This document shows, piece by piece, positions 38,560-51,081 of a stretch of 64,000 bases of DNA (position 1 is the stretch's first letter; each line of letters starts with the position of its first letter). The notes below the pieces were generated by a model. That model was not told the origin of the DNA and ran no database searches. It was given only the letters and a program-made list of their open reading frames with translations. Origin of the DNA: Mobula hypostoma (Eukaryota); assembly GCF_963921235.1 (NCBI RefSeq), contig NC_086097.1, positions 48,548,001 through 48,612,000 on the forward strand. Reading direction: 5' to 3'. The position numbers were made by a program, and so were the translations under genes.

Positions 38560-40820
38560 AGGTGACAGAGAGGAAATGATAAAGTAATGGTGGTTGGGGG
38601 TGTGGAGGGGTGGAGTTGTTGATTAGCCTAGCAGTCTGTGGATGCTACATTACATCCTCCCTGATGGGAGTGGGACAAACAGTCCATGAGCAGGATGGGT
38701 GGGATCCTTCGTTATGTTACTGGCCCTTTTCTGGCACCTCTTTGTACATGTGTCCTTGAATGAGGGTAGGCTGGCACTGGTGAAGCATTGGCCAGTTTGG
38801 ACTATTGTACCCATGGTGGAGCCATCCTGTCTGCCGCTGTGCAGTTGTCAGCAGTGATGCAGCGTCTTAGGATGCTCCCTACTGTGTATCTGTAAAATGG
38901 CATGAGTATAGATGTGCATAGACCAGCTCTCTTCACCCTCCTCAGAAAGCAGAGGCTTTCCTGATTGTGTAGGATGTGCTGTGGGACCTTGAGAGGTTGT
39001 ATGTGATGTGCACTTCCAGGAGTTTGAAACTGCCCACTGCTGTGGAACACACAGCCCTGGGGGGGCGCATGTTGAGGATAATGGAGAGGGAAGAGCAGCT
39101 GTGCACCCTGACTATCTGAGCTCTGATGGTTAGGAAGCCCAGCACCCCGTTGCACAGTGGTGTATTTACTTTATACTTTATACTTTATTGTCGCCAAACA
39201 ATTGATACTAGAGCATACAATCATCACAGCGATATTTGATTCTGCGCTTCGCGCTCCCTGGAATACAAATCGATAGAAATAGTAAAAATTTAATTATAAA
39301 TCATAAATAGAAAATAGAAAAGGGAAAGTAAGGTAGTGCAAAAAAAAACCAAGAGGCAGGTCCGGATATTTGGAGGGTACGGCCCAGATCTGGGTCAGGA
39401 TCCACTCAGCAGTCTTATCACAGTTGGAAAGAAGCTGTTCCTAAATCTGGCCGTACGAGTCTTCAAACTCCTGAGCCTTCCCCGGAGAGAAGAGGGATGA
39501 AAAGTGTGTTGGCTGGGTGGGTCGTGTCCTTGATTATCCTCGCAGCACTGCTCCGACAGTGTGCAGTGTAAAGTGAGTCCAGGGACGAAGATTGGATTGT
39601 GTGATGTGCTGGGCTGTGTTCACGATCTTCTGCAGCTTCTTCCGGTCTTGGACAGGACAACTTCCATACCAGGTTGTGATGAACCCTAGAAGAATGCTTT
39701 CTATGGTGCATCTATAAAAATTAGTGAGGGTTTTAGGGGACAGGCCAAATTTCTTTTGCTTTCTCAGGAAGTAAAGGCACTGGTGGGCCTTCTTGGCAGT
39801 GGACTCTGCTTGGTTGGACCAAGTTAGGTCATTTGTGATATTGACCCCGAGGAACTTAAAGCTTTTGACCTGTTTCACTTGTACACCACCGACGTAAATG
39901 GGGTCGTGCAGTCCGCTACTCCTTCTGAAGTCAACAACCGATTGCTTCGTCTTGCTGATGTTGAAGGATAGGTTATTGTCTTCGCACCATGCCACCAGGT
40001 TCTTAATTTCCTCTCTGTACTCAAACTCATCATTACCTGAGATACAACCTACAATTGTGGTGTCATCAGCAAACTTATATATTGAGTTTGATGGAAATTT
40101 GGCTACACAATCATGGGTGTACAGTGAGTACAGCAGGGGGCTGAGTACACAGCCTTGTGGGGCACCGGTGCTCAGAGTGATTTTAGAGGAGAGCTTGTCC
40201 CCTATTTTCACAGCCTGGGTCCTGTCTGTGAGGAAGTTGAAGATCCAGCTGCAGATCTGGGTGCTAAGGCCCAGGTTCCGGAGCTTAGGAATCAGTTTAT
40301 TTGGAATGATGGTATTAAAGGCAGAGCTGTAGTCAATGAAAAGGAGCCTTACGTATGCGTCTTTATTCTCCAGGTGTTCTAAGGAGGAATGTAGGGCCAA
40401 ACACACCAAAGAGAAGGAGTTTATTTACCAATATCTGCAGGATGATGGCGTTGAATGCTGAAGTAAAATCTGGAAACAGCATTCTGACATAAGTGTTCCT
40501 CTTTCTAGGTGTGTCGGGGCCAGATGTATGAGAGATGCTATGGCATCCATCTTAGAGTATTTTGTCGGTAAGCATATTGGTGAGTGTTCAATGTTGCAGA
40601 AATGGCGTTCTTGGTGTTTCATTGCTAACTGTTGAAAGCATTTCATTGGCGTAAGTGTCACTGGGTGGTAACCATTTACTTCTGAAGCTGTAGATTTCTT
40701 TCATACAGAAAGTGAAGCGTATGGGGACAGCAGCCTGGATGAGTGATGTTTGAAGATGTCCATGAAGATGTCAATGAGCTGGCGTGCACACTCCATGAGT
40801 ACTCAGCCTGGGATGTTGAC
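38560..40820 (-). mobile_element. Older Rex1/Babar-type LINE (38560-39165 and 40410-40820), split by a younger copy
   Basis: Degenerate RT pieces LCFLRRVKRAGL and LERGTLMSEC/SAFNAII lie on either side of 39166-40398. Confidence 0.65.
39166..40398 (-). mobile_element. Young 5'-truncated Rex1/Babar-type LINE, 291-aa RT ORF (39534-40409)
   Basis: [39 protein letters not shown] and YKFADDTT; (GTATAAA)n tail on the minus strand at 39166-39189. Confidence 0.93.
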
Positions 40821-43739
40821 GCTCTACAGAGTCCTTGTCATTTCTGCTGATGGCGGCGGGGGGGGGGGTGGGGGGGTGGGGTTGGGGTAGCATTCATGGC
40901 CAGCGTTGTATTGCATGCCTCGAAATATCAGGGAAGAAGGTGTTGCTGGTACAGTGTTGTGCCACGGTGTTGTTGCTTTCAGTGAATTACGAACTTGGAC
41001 CTCAAGGTCTCCATGTTCTTCAACGTTCCTTAACATCCTCCTAATTAGTGTGTTTTTACAACCCATATTTGGCATCTCAAATAATGGAAGGACAAATAGA
41101 TGGGCCAGCATAAAGGCATGTAGCCCACTTGCCTCCCTGCCTGGCCAAATATGGCCTTGCAAGCATGTTCATTCTTAGTCTGAACATAACATATGAGCAG
41201 AAATAGACCATTCAGCAACTTTGAGCTCACTCTACCATTCAAATTAATCCTGGCTGATTCTCTAAGTCAATAACATATTGCCACTCACTTCCCTACCCCT
41301 TTGTCCAAAGGCCATTACAAATCCATGAGAGTGATAGACCAGGAAAGGGTAACTAATCCATTGACCATCTCACATCATCACAATGAAACCAATGCAGATT
41401 TTCACCTTCATTAGCCTACCCTTACATTAAGCACAAATGTAAGAATAGTTTTGCATATAATTACAGTTTGCATAAATTCCATTGTGGGTATATTAGGAAA
41501 AATATTTAAAAAAAGGACGCAGCATAGATTATTCACTTGATTCCTAATCTTACCGTTGATGTGTGTTGCTCTAAGAATTTCCCTCTAATATAGTTAGATC
41601 CATCTGCAGATTTCACTTAACATGTCTTTCAAGCTGCTGCAATATTTGTCTGAGCACTTGCAGGAAAGAAACATGCATTGTTTGGTTATATTTCAAATTA
41701 TATTGGAATCTTAGTTGAAAAGAGCATATTATAGCTGAAATTCTATTGCAGAAAGAATAAGAACCCAAGATAACATGGAATTTGACTTCAATAGTCTAAT
41801 ATAAATTATAGTACATGTATATCACTTCTCAGCTGGTATAAATGTTGAACTGCATATTAATCCAACACTTGAGTGGACAAATGTTTAAGAAAAAGGCTGA
41901 ATGTGAGCAGAGACTGACGACAATTCGGGTTTGCGCCTATTGTGGCAGTCCTGACATTCTGCATAAATTTGATTAGCATGTAGCAGCTGATTAAATCTTC
42001 ATTTTTGACACATCATATGGGGAAACCTGACTGAATGAAGCACGGCATCACCATGTTAAAGAGTAGCAAGAAGTATCATATAATATTTTTCAAAAAAAGT
42101 TCAATATAGATGTTTTCTGTCATTTGCATATACTTTGCATCATCACCAGTAACAACTTCAGGTTCATTTCATTCATGCAATATTTTCAAAATGGTTGTGT
42201 GTGTATGTGTGTGTTAACATTCACCATAGATAGGTTTATGAGGAATGAAGAAACACAGCCTGATCTTTCTGCTAATTTTCCATCATATTTGAACAGTGCT
42301 CAGGACATGTGCCTTTCACAGATTTTGCTGCAGTACAGGTAAGTGCAATGACATGCAAATGAAATGCAGCTCAGGTTTCTGCCTCAGCCCATCGACTATG
42401 ATTTGCAAAACATGATGTGGAAGGATGTTTTGAGTTTCAATACTTGGATCAAATGGTACTATAAACTTTAGCAATTTACGTTCTGGTTGCTCGAAGGTTT
42501 ATTTTGTGCTGCTCTCAGTGCTGTTCATCTGTTTTTCTATGTGCATGCTTGTCATCTCCTAGAAATACATCTAACCATCTTTTATATGAATTTGTTTCTG
42601 AATTTCCTTTCACTGCAGCTGAAGTTTATTCCCTCTTAACAAGTGAAGTGAATTTATCTTGAGATGAGATCAGCACGAAATCCTGATTTAATCTTGCAAT
42701 GTGAAAACTGATATTTATAATAGAGTTACTTCTGTAATCTGATGTAAAAATCTAAAATGCTTGGGCGGGGATCAGACTTACCAAAATTGCAAATTTAAAG
42801 GAGGGTGGCTAATAACTTTAGAAAACAGTAGTAGGGCCATCAGTGCATTCACTCCCGCTCAACGCCATGTTTCTTTCCAGATTTTTGGCCAGCTTCATTA
42901 ACATTAAAGATGGTCAACCAAGAAAATAACCATAGTTTACCATTTCCTGAATGCCTACTGGCCCACTTCATAACAACAGCTTAATTAAGTTTTAAATGTA
43001 ACAAACCAGTGAGCGTTTCTTCCTTTATTATTATCAAAACATTTTCGTTTTTATTTTTGGTCATCTTCAGTATTTGTCTGTTTATATTTGAAGCCAATTA
43101 AGCAGATAATTAACTTTGGTTTTGGTCTTTACTTATGCCAATGCGATCCATATAATTACCTGTAGCAGAGTTCACAGTATTGGCTGGACTATAATCTGAT
43201 TTCTGCACTCAGTTTCAAGTCTATAACAGATGCAATTCACGCTTCCTGCCTTTCTTTCCCTGCACAATATTTTGAGCTTATTAAATATTGATGGTACAGT
43301 ATATGCAATGCCCTGACTGTTGAATTCCTTCACAGAAAGTGTAAACCTATAAGAACCCACCCATCATTCTAGAAATTTCCATGTAAACATCTGATTATCT
43401 TCCATTCAGACAAAGCCACCCTCCCTTCTTGGCTCTTTATGCAGCTCCTTATTTCTGATAAAGAATTTTTTCCCTTTATCATTCCTTGCTGTCTTTTTAT
43501 TCACTGCATGGCAATGTTACCACAAAATGAAATAATCCTTTTATTTTAATAGTAAGTGGCAGTCCTCTAAAGGTCGATAAAATGCCAGATTTCTTGGTTA
43601 CCTTCCCCTTGTATCATTTGCCAATGCACAGAACAACATGAATGGAAACTTTTCAACTCAATAAACTTGCTCTATGTGTAAAGCAACCCTGACATTAAGG
43701 AATGTTTATCTCATTATATTCACTTTGGTGAATCTTGGT

Positions 43740-44030
43740 GCCGCCTCCTCACCGATCTAGTATCCCAGGTTCAATACCGATCAGATTTGTTGCTTTTGCG
43801 TGCTGTCTGTGTGAACACTACACATTCTCCCAGTGTGTGATCCTCTCTCCTTTGCCTTAGTTTACTCCCACATTGTAAAGGTTTGTTGGTAGATTAATTA
43901 AGGGCAATCGGTGTGTGTGGGGGTGGTGGCATTTATGGGGGCATGTGTGCAAAGATGGATTATCAATAAATAAGTGCAGGAAAGGGATTGATGGGAATGC
44001 TCTTACAGCACAGGCATAGACTAGACAGTA
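43740..44030 (+). mobile_element. Degraded V-SINE (HE1-like, tRNA-derived)
   Basis: B-box-like ccaggttcaatacc; gtgctgtctgtgtg..cacattctccc..gttttactcccacat..ttggtagattaatt matches the recalled V-domain. Confidence 0.6.
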
Positions 44031-44065
44031 TGAGGAAAAATGAGCACATGATGCCAAGTTGTAGA

Positions 44066-45392
44066 ATACACCTACTGGTGCTACTTGGACACGTCTTCAG
44101 TGATGAACTCAGGGTCATAGGGTGCTTCGTGTCTTTAATCATCAGACAACCTTGACCGGGCGACGCACCCGGGGGTGATCAGCCCCCGACTTGTGTCCAA
44201 GTGGTGCACTAATCCACGGATCCCCCCTCCGGATCCACAGCCACCGCGAGGCCTTTTCAGCAGCCTCCAGAATGTTCTTGGTGGCTCTTCTGCACTGCAG
44301 TCCTTTAACTCCAAGGAGTTTTAGAGTCCGCTGTAATGAATGGCCAGCAAAGCCCCAGCACCCAACTTCGACTGGCTCACAGTGAGCTCTCCAGCCATTG
44401 CTCCAGCATTTTGCAACAAGATCTGTGTATCTAGCCCTCTTGCGCTCGTTGGCCTCTTCAATCCGGTCTTCCCTGGGGACAGTAAGTTCCAGCAGGACCA
44501 CTTGCTTTGTAGACTCCGATATTAACACCATGTCTGAGTGGAGCAGAGTGGCTGCGATGCTCCCTGGGAACTTGAGCTGACTCTCTAGGTTGACTTGGAG
44601 CTGCCAGTCTCATGCAGTGGCAAGAAACCCTCCCGAGGAGCTAGGCCGATGTTGAGCCTTCTCCCCTGCTCTAATGAAGGTGATGGACTGTTTGGGAGCG
44701 TGCTGATTTTTGCTGTCTTGAATCTCTGTGCTGATTGCGTCCGCCATAGACCTTAGGACTTGGTCATGGCGCCAACGGTATCGCCCTTCCCCCAACGCCT
44801 TCGGGCAGCAACTTAGGATATGCTCCAAGGTGCCCCTCTTCTGACACAATTGGCATGCTGGACTGTTTGCCATGCCCCACCTGTGCAGGTTGGCCGGGCT
44901 TGGGAGAACGTCATAGACTGATTGGATGAGAAACTTGATGTGCAATGTTTCGGCTCTCCAGAGCTCTGTCCAGTTGAGCTTGCGAGGTTCCACATGCTCC
45001 CAACTAGTCCAGGCGGCTTGTTTGTAAATGCCAACCATCTTGTTGTATCGTTCATCCTCCACTTCTGCTCGTATCTTGTTCTGAACCAGTTGATGCTTCT
45101 CCTTTCCGTGGGTTTTGTCGTAGCGTGGTTTGGGAAAACAGCCCAGTCCTGCCCGCCCCAACACCACAGTGCCCACCAAAGTGTTGTGCCTCAGCCGTGC
45201 CTCCGCTCTGTCGACAGCTTCCTGTGCCTGCCACTTCCTTCCGGTCTTTACGCGGATTCCTGCCGAAGTGACTTTAACATCAGAGGAGTCTCGGTACATC
45301 ATAACCTCCCTGGCTCGAGTGACTTTGAATTCCTCTGATAGGCCGCTGATGGGGAGCTGCAGCTTGGTGGAATGCCCATACAGGACAATGCC
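44066..45392 (-). mobile_element. 5'-truncated HERO-type non-LTR retrotransposon (CCHC + restriction-like endonuclease)
   Basis: CQLCQKRGTLEHILSCC, RYRWRHDQVL, and SDMVL...LLELTVP..D..EEANERKRARY. ORFs 44610-45416 and 44142-44531 are in one frame, separated by a single TGA. Confidence 0.85.
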
Positions 45393-45409
45393 TATATTAA
45401 ATTGAGCAA

Positions 45410-45531
45410 AAAACAAGGCCTCTTCCTTCAGTTAGTCCTGACGAAGGGTCTCGGCCTGAAACATCGACTGCGCCTCTTCCTACAGATGCTGCCTGGCCTG
45501 CTGCGTTCACCAGCAACTTTGATGTATGTTG
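45410..45531 (+). mobile_element. 122-bp Penelope-type insertion carrying a hammerhead motif
   Basis: Perfect 14-bp TSD attaaattgagcaa (45396-45409 / 45532-45545). Confidence 0.88.
45433..45470 (+). ncRNA. Minimal type I hammerhead ribozyme motif (probably inactivated by CpG decay)
   Basis: Stem I TAGTC/GACTG, core CTGACGA at 45438-45444, stem II AGG/CCT, GAAA at 45458-45461, NUH triplet ATC at 45463-45465. Confidence 0.75.
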
Positions 45532-45720
45532 ATTAAATTGAGCAACTTGTTTCCTATGTATACAGCAGCAGCCCCTCTCTACTATGAGAATTGGTGATCC
45601 CTTGCTGTAGACAGGCACCAAACTAACTGTGCTGCTGTTGAGGAGAGTGAGGCATTGACTTCCTTTAGCCAACCTGAACCGGTTAAATTGTTTGGTTCAT
45701 ATCAGTTCTGCATCATATAT

Positions 45721-46401
45721 TTGAGGAGGAGGAGAAGATGGCGGTGCGATGCAGCTCGCACGGCCACTCCGGTGAATGATATCTGTTATCTGTCAAGTAG
45801 GGTGCCATGCACAATTCTGATTTGATGGAGACAGACGTGAGAGAACGAAGGAACATCTGGAGAAACTTCTGAGATGCGTTTTTCGCTACCACTGTTACTG
45901 TGTGATCCTGAATCTCCGGAGGGGAAGGCCCCGGATCCTCGGCTTTGCTTGTTGCTCGGCGGCCGGGGCGGGGTCAAGGTGCTCGGCAGAGATGGTGCTC
46001 GGTGCTCGGTGTCGAAGGTCTGCTCGAAGGCTCTAAGTTTTCAGACGGACTCAGAGTTAGCTGAGGTTGGGTGCTTCCAATACATCGACAGTTGTCGGTG
46101 CCTGGAGGTTTATGGCAGAGAGAGTTCCTCCCTTCTGCCGCCAGCTATCGGGGACTGTCGGGAGTCAATCAGAACTTTGAGACTTTTTCTTACCATTCCC
46201 TTGGTCTGTTCTTTATCAAATTATGGTATTGCTTTGCACGGCTGTAACTATATGTTATAACTATGTGGTCTTGTCAGTGTTAGTCTTTGGTTTGTCCTAT
46301 TTTTTTTGTGATATCACTCTGGAGGAACATTGTATCTTTTCTTAATGCATGCATGCATTTCTAAATGACAATAAACGAGGACTGAGTGTCCTCATAATCT
46401 A
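45721..46401 (+). mobile_element. Non-autonomous retroelement (LINE 5' UTR + 3' UTR type)
   Basis: GC-rich, no credible ORF. AAGATGGCGG at the 5' end. AATAAA, GAGGAC/GTCCTC hairpin and TAATC tail at the 3' end. Possible TSD atatat (45715-45720 / 46402-46407). Confidence 0.7.
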
Positions 46402-48133
46402 ATATATGAACTAATGCCAGTAAAAGATGGTGAATTAGAGTGCCCCCTCCGCCATTTACACAGGGCTACTGTGCATAGTTATACAGCAAAAAATATACAT
46501 GGTTTCTGAAATGTGTACACATTTGTAAATTTTCACATAAACAAAGTGAATCTTCCCATAGTGTAAATGGAGCAGATGAATTCAATCTGTCAAAGTGGGT
46601 TTAAAATTCTGATTACCATACACCGTCTGATCATAAAAGAAATAAATGAGTTTCCACTGATTGTGGCAGTGCTAAAGTGACTAGATTTGCAGAAGGAAGG
46701 AGCTCTGATATACTCCAGTCTTTTTCAGATGACTTATGAATTTGCTGAAGTTTCAATTTAAATTCACAGTCAGGTTTCATCAGTTCAGAGGAAAATTGGC
46801 TGAATGCTCTTTATGGGAACCTTGTTATAGTGATGAAATCGTTCCTTTTGGGTATGCAAAAGAACTGAATAAAATTTCTCTAAGTTAGAAATAAGAGGAG
46901 CGTAATGCATTGGTTGGTGAGCCCATCACCATACTTCAGACGTGCTAAATTAGTCAACCAGACAATGTGATAGTTTTAATAGTGACTGATGTTGGTCTCT
47001 AGTAGAATGAGAATATTTTCCACAGCACCTTATGAAACACCATGGGATTTCAAAGAGAATCCGTTGAGTAGTTTTAAAGGAACCTTTCCATTGGGTTGAA
47101 GAAGGATTAACTTCACCTTTCTGTTAATGTAGGTTTTCGCAAATAAAATGGTATAAAGCATTTTATGTTTAAGAAAAACTGTAACAACTCAATGATGGTG
47201 GTTGTGAATTATGTACTTTTCTACCAAATTACTTTACCCTACACTATCATTTGCAGATTTATGCTTCATGAACTGCCTGCAAGATTGACTCTTCATTATG
47301 AATTTGTCATAGTGAAATCCAAATCTCCTTCCATGCCTCTCTGAATTGGGTAGTGTTTTACTGTATGTGCCATTGAAACATTAAAAATATTTCACCTCTG
47401 GTGAAAAATTTGCAGTATACATGTCAAATGCTGCAGAAGACAATTTTTTTGAGTTTTTTTTTACATTAAGAGCAGTCTAATTAGAAGTATTGTTTCTGGG
47501 TTGCCTTTGCTGCCAAATACCTGAATTGCTATACCTGATTCACTTTCAATATTTCACTCATATCAGTCAGGACTTACAGAAGCTTATCCTGACCACACAT
47601 AGGATCTCAAGGAGCAGCAGCCTCTGAACTTTGCAAAGCATATAGAACCACCAGCAAAGATTGACAAGGATGGTCACAGAGGTCAAAGGCAACAATGATC
47701 AGAAATGATAGATCAAGCTTGGGTAGTTCTCTCAAGGAAGCAAATAGGTGAAGGCATTCTGGTAAAGGACTTGAGAGTCATAACAGAGTTCTACATGCTA
47801 GTCCTGGAATAGATACAAATATGTCAAATAGTTTGTGCCTTAAATATAGGATATATATTGCAAATACAGTAAAGAATTCAGATTAAACATCTTCACACAG
47901 TTAGAATGTAGAATTGACTATAACTTGACGAAATTGAGATTAACTAGGATAGATGTATTTAAGGGAAACCCACATTTGTACATGAGGCTTAAAAAAATTA
48001 GAAGGATGTGTTGATTAGATAGGGAGAAGTGAGAGCAAACCGGGTTGTTGTTTCTGTTTTGTGCTGTAAAGTTGTAAGCAACTTAATATATACAAAATAA
48101 AATCTATAGGATGAAAGATAGGTGTTACAGTAT

Positions 48134-48242
48134 ATCAGAATCAGAACTAGGTTTAACTTCATGGCAAATTTCATGACATCTGTTGTGTCTGTAGCTGTAA
48201 TGCAATGCAATATATAATAATAGAAAAAAGAATTGTAGTATG

Positions 48243-48290
<48 letters not shown>

Positions 48291-48950
48291 TATGTATAGT
48301 TAATATATTAAAAGGTAAATTAAGTAAGTAGTGCAAACACAGAAATAAAAGTATTAAGGTAGTGTTCATGGGTTCAATATCCATTCAGAAATCTGATGGC
48401 AGAGGGGAAGAGGTTGTTCCTGAATTGCTGGGTGTGTACCTTCCATCTTCTGTTCCTCCTTCCTGATGGTTGCAATGAGAATATGGGATAATCTGGAGGA
48501 GGGGAGTCTTTAATGATGAATGCTACCTTTTGGAGGCATTTCTCCTTGAAGATATCTTGAATACCATGGAGGCTACTCCCTTTGATGGAGCTGGCTAAGT
48601 TTACAACTCTCTGCAGTATTATCTCGGTCCTGTGCAGTAATACCGCCCCCCCCCCACCCTCATACTAGATGGTGAAGCAGCCAATTAGAATGCTCTCTAG
48701 AGTACATCTATGGAAAGTTGTGGTAGTACTTTGCTGACGTACCAAATCTCCTTAAACTCCTAATGGAACATCGACACAGCTATATTGATACATTGTGTCC
48801 AGGATAGATGCTCAGAGGTATTGACACCCAGGAACTTGAAAATGCTCACTTCTGATCCCTCTACGAGGACTGGTGCGTGTTCTCTCATCTCACCCTTTCT
48901 GAAGCCCGCAGTCAGTTCTTTGATCTTACTAACGTTGAGTGTAAGGTTAT
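48134..48950 (-). mobile_element. Rex1/Babar-type LINE 3' fragment with (TA)n
   Basis: LNVSKIKEL..FRKG..FKFLGV on the minus strand; atcagaatcagaa tail. Confidence 0.8.
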
Positions 48951-49302
48951 ATACTCTTCCTCTCATCTGTGTGACTTCAGTGGAGTTAGATATCAGGTGG
49001 GAATCTAGTATGTGCCCCTTACAATACTGTGTAACCTCCTCGAAGCCCCAGAATAAATTATGATACCTTAAATTCCCAGCACAGAAATGCATTGGGCACC
49101 GGAGAGTCTTTCTTCCGGCTTCATCGTATTTTGAATGCTGTAATGGTTAGAAGTGAACATAAAGCAGATGAAAATATTTGTCTGTGCCATAGTGATTTGG
49201 TTAAACAGGAAATTATTCATAATAGACATCAAGAAATTCTTGATTTCTGCTATTCAGTCATAATAGTAAAGATGAGTTGCTCATGTATTGTAGGACAAGT
49301 CC

Positions 49303-49317
49303 TGTGTGTGTACGTGC

Positions 49318-49351
<34 letters not shown>

Positions 49352-49455
49352 GTGTGTGTGTGTGTGTGTCAGTGTCTGTGTGAGAGAGAGCAAAGTGGGA
49401 GTAACTGTATGCACATGAGTGCGTATGTCTTTGCCTGAGAGAAAGAAGTGAGAGA

Positions 49456-49501
<46 letters not shown>

Positions 49502-49510
49502 GTGTGTGTG
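49303..49510. repeat. (TG)n microsatellites
   Basis: TG runs at about 49303-49370 and 49457-49510. Confidence 0.95.
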
Positions 49511-49885
49511 ACTAAGTCTGTGCCTGTGTGTGAGTGCTCCTTGCAGAATAAATCACTTAAAATGACCTTGGACTTTAGAATGTAATATTACTAACAAATC
49601 AAAAATATATATACCTGATAATCGTTCGGTGTGGTGTTCCTACATGAGGTAACATCACATGCCTGTTGCTGCATCAAGAACTGAAATACATTTATTTAAT
49701 TAATTAACATAATCACAAGACATGTAAGAACACTTCATTGCTACTGCTCTTCACTAGTTAGGCTTACATTCCATCCAGGCAGTGCAATTAAACATCATTA
49801 AGCATCAGGTCAACCATTATCAACCCAAATTTACTTCATGAAGAAACTGCTGAAGATTATGAAGAGATGCCATCAATCTCTTCAT

Positions 49886-50140
49886 AATTTTCAGCAATTC
49901 CTTAGATGACCGAACTTTTCTAACAATGAGGGAAAATATTCTTCGACAAATATCAAAGAGAAAATGTGACTTCTATAGATAGAATATAAATTCTATTCTT
50001 TCCAATTTTCAGCAATTTCTCAGATGACTGAATTTTTCTAAAAATTAGGGCCCCCATTTGGCAAATATTCTCTTACAAATATCACAGAGGAAGTCAAAAA
50101 AGTGTGAGTTCCATAGACAGAATATGAATTCTATTCTTCC
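49886..50140. repeat. Diverged tandem duplication (about 118 and 137 bp units)
   Basis: aattttcagcaatt..agatgac.gaa..aaatat..acaaatatca.agag..atagaNagaatatNaattctattctt occurs at 49886-50003 and 50004-50140. Confidence 0.8.
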
Positions 50141-50554
50141 TTGAGCAGCACGCAATGCTTTGTAGTAAAATGAGGAATGGTAAGTTGTGAACCAAAACCA
50201 AAATTGTAGCGGGCTGTTCTAGACTGTGACATCCAGGTGCATGGATCATAAGGACGATGTGTTAAAGTGGATATAATGAGATAAACTTCTCTTAATATCA
50301 GGGTTGCTTTATGCATAGAGCAAGCTTATTGAGTTTCTAAGTTCCTATTCATATTGTTATATAATTAATTCAGAGGCCGTGATACCTGGCAGCTGCTCTC
50401 AGGTGAGTAGATACACAAGCCGCGGTAACATCGAATAAGGTCAGTTGCAAAAGGAAGTGGGTAGTAGAAGATGCTGTTAACAGTATGGAGTGGTGATGTC
50501 TTGTCCTCCTACCTCGCTTCACTGCCGCATTGAGCTTTTCAGTATCGAAACACA

Positions 50555-50850
50555 GTGGTGCTGGAGACCAGATGCAATGGTCAGATGGGAAACAGAATAC
50601 TGGAGGCGCTCAGTGGATCAAGCAGCACCTGTAGAGGCAAAAGGTATAATTCAACATTTCTAGTCAAAACCCCTAATCAGGACTGAGAGGGAACAGGAAA
50701 TATTGCTGTGTGTATCAATACAAAGTGGGAAGCGGGTGGGATGGAGGCTAGTAGGAATCAGATGGCGAGGGGATGTTGGGCAGATAGAACCAGTGAAGGT
50801 GGGAGGGGAAGAAGTTGGGATGGAAACTAGGAAGTGACATAGTTCAGCCA
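50555..50850 (-). mobile_element. Older Penelope-type element with decayed hammerhead remnant
   Basis: The minus strand of 50648-50685 reads CAGTC-CTGATTA-GGGGTTTTGACTA-GAAAT-GTT; upstream tggagg..ctcag..gcagca block. Confidence 0.6.
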
Positions 50851-51081
50851 ACAAGCTGCTAGTCCTGTTCAGATCACTCCCTCAGGCTGGGACAGGAAAT
50901 AGATTACGCCCAGTACTTGCTTTGGATTGGGGGAGATTGAAAGTTAAAGTTGATAAAGCACTTGCAACACTTACAAAACATTCACTCATCTTCTTGTACT
51001 CTTTCTTTGAAATAAACATTAACAGAACAGATGGGCCCTATAGATGGATAAATAGCACAGGAACAAAGGAGATGCATAAAA

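Noticed and set aside
39158..40408. Inverted flank match tggtgtattt / aaacacacca around the young Rex insertion
   Set aside because: Only about 10 bp with a mismatch; cannot be distinguished from chance.
40852..40887. G-rich run with G-quadruplex potential
   Set aside because: Simple G-run expansion at a repeat edge, similar to others in the window; no evidence of function.
42234..42338. Possible host exon ending in CAG|GTAAGT
   Set aside because: The donor is strong but the acceptor pyrimidine tract is weak, the peptide is unrecognisable and no partner exons are evident. RNA-seq would be needed.
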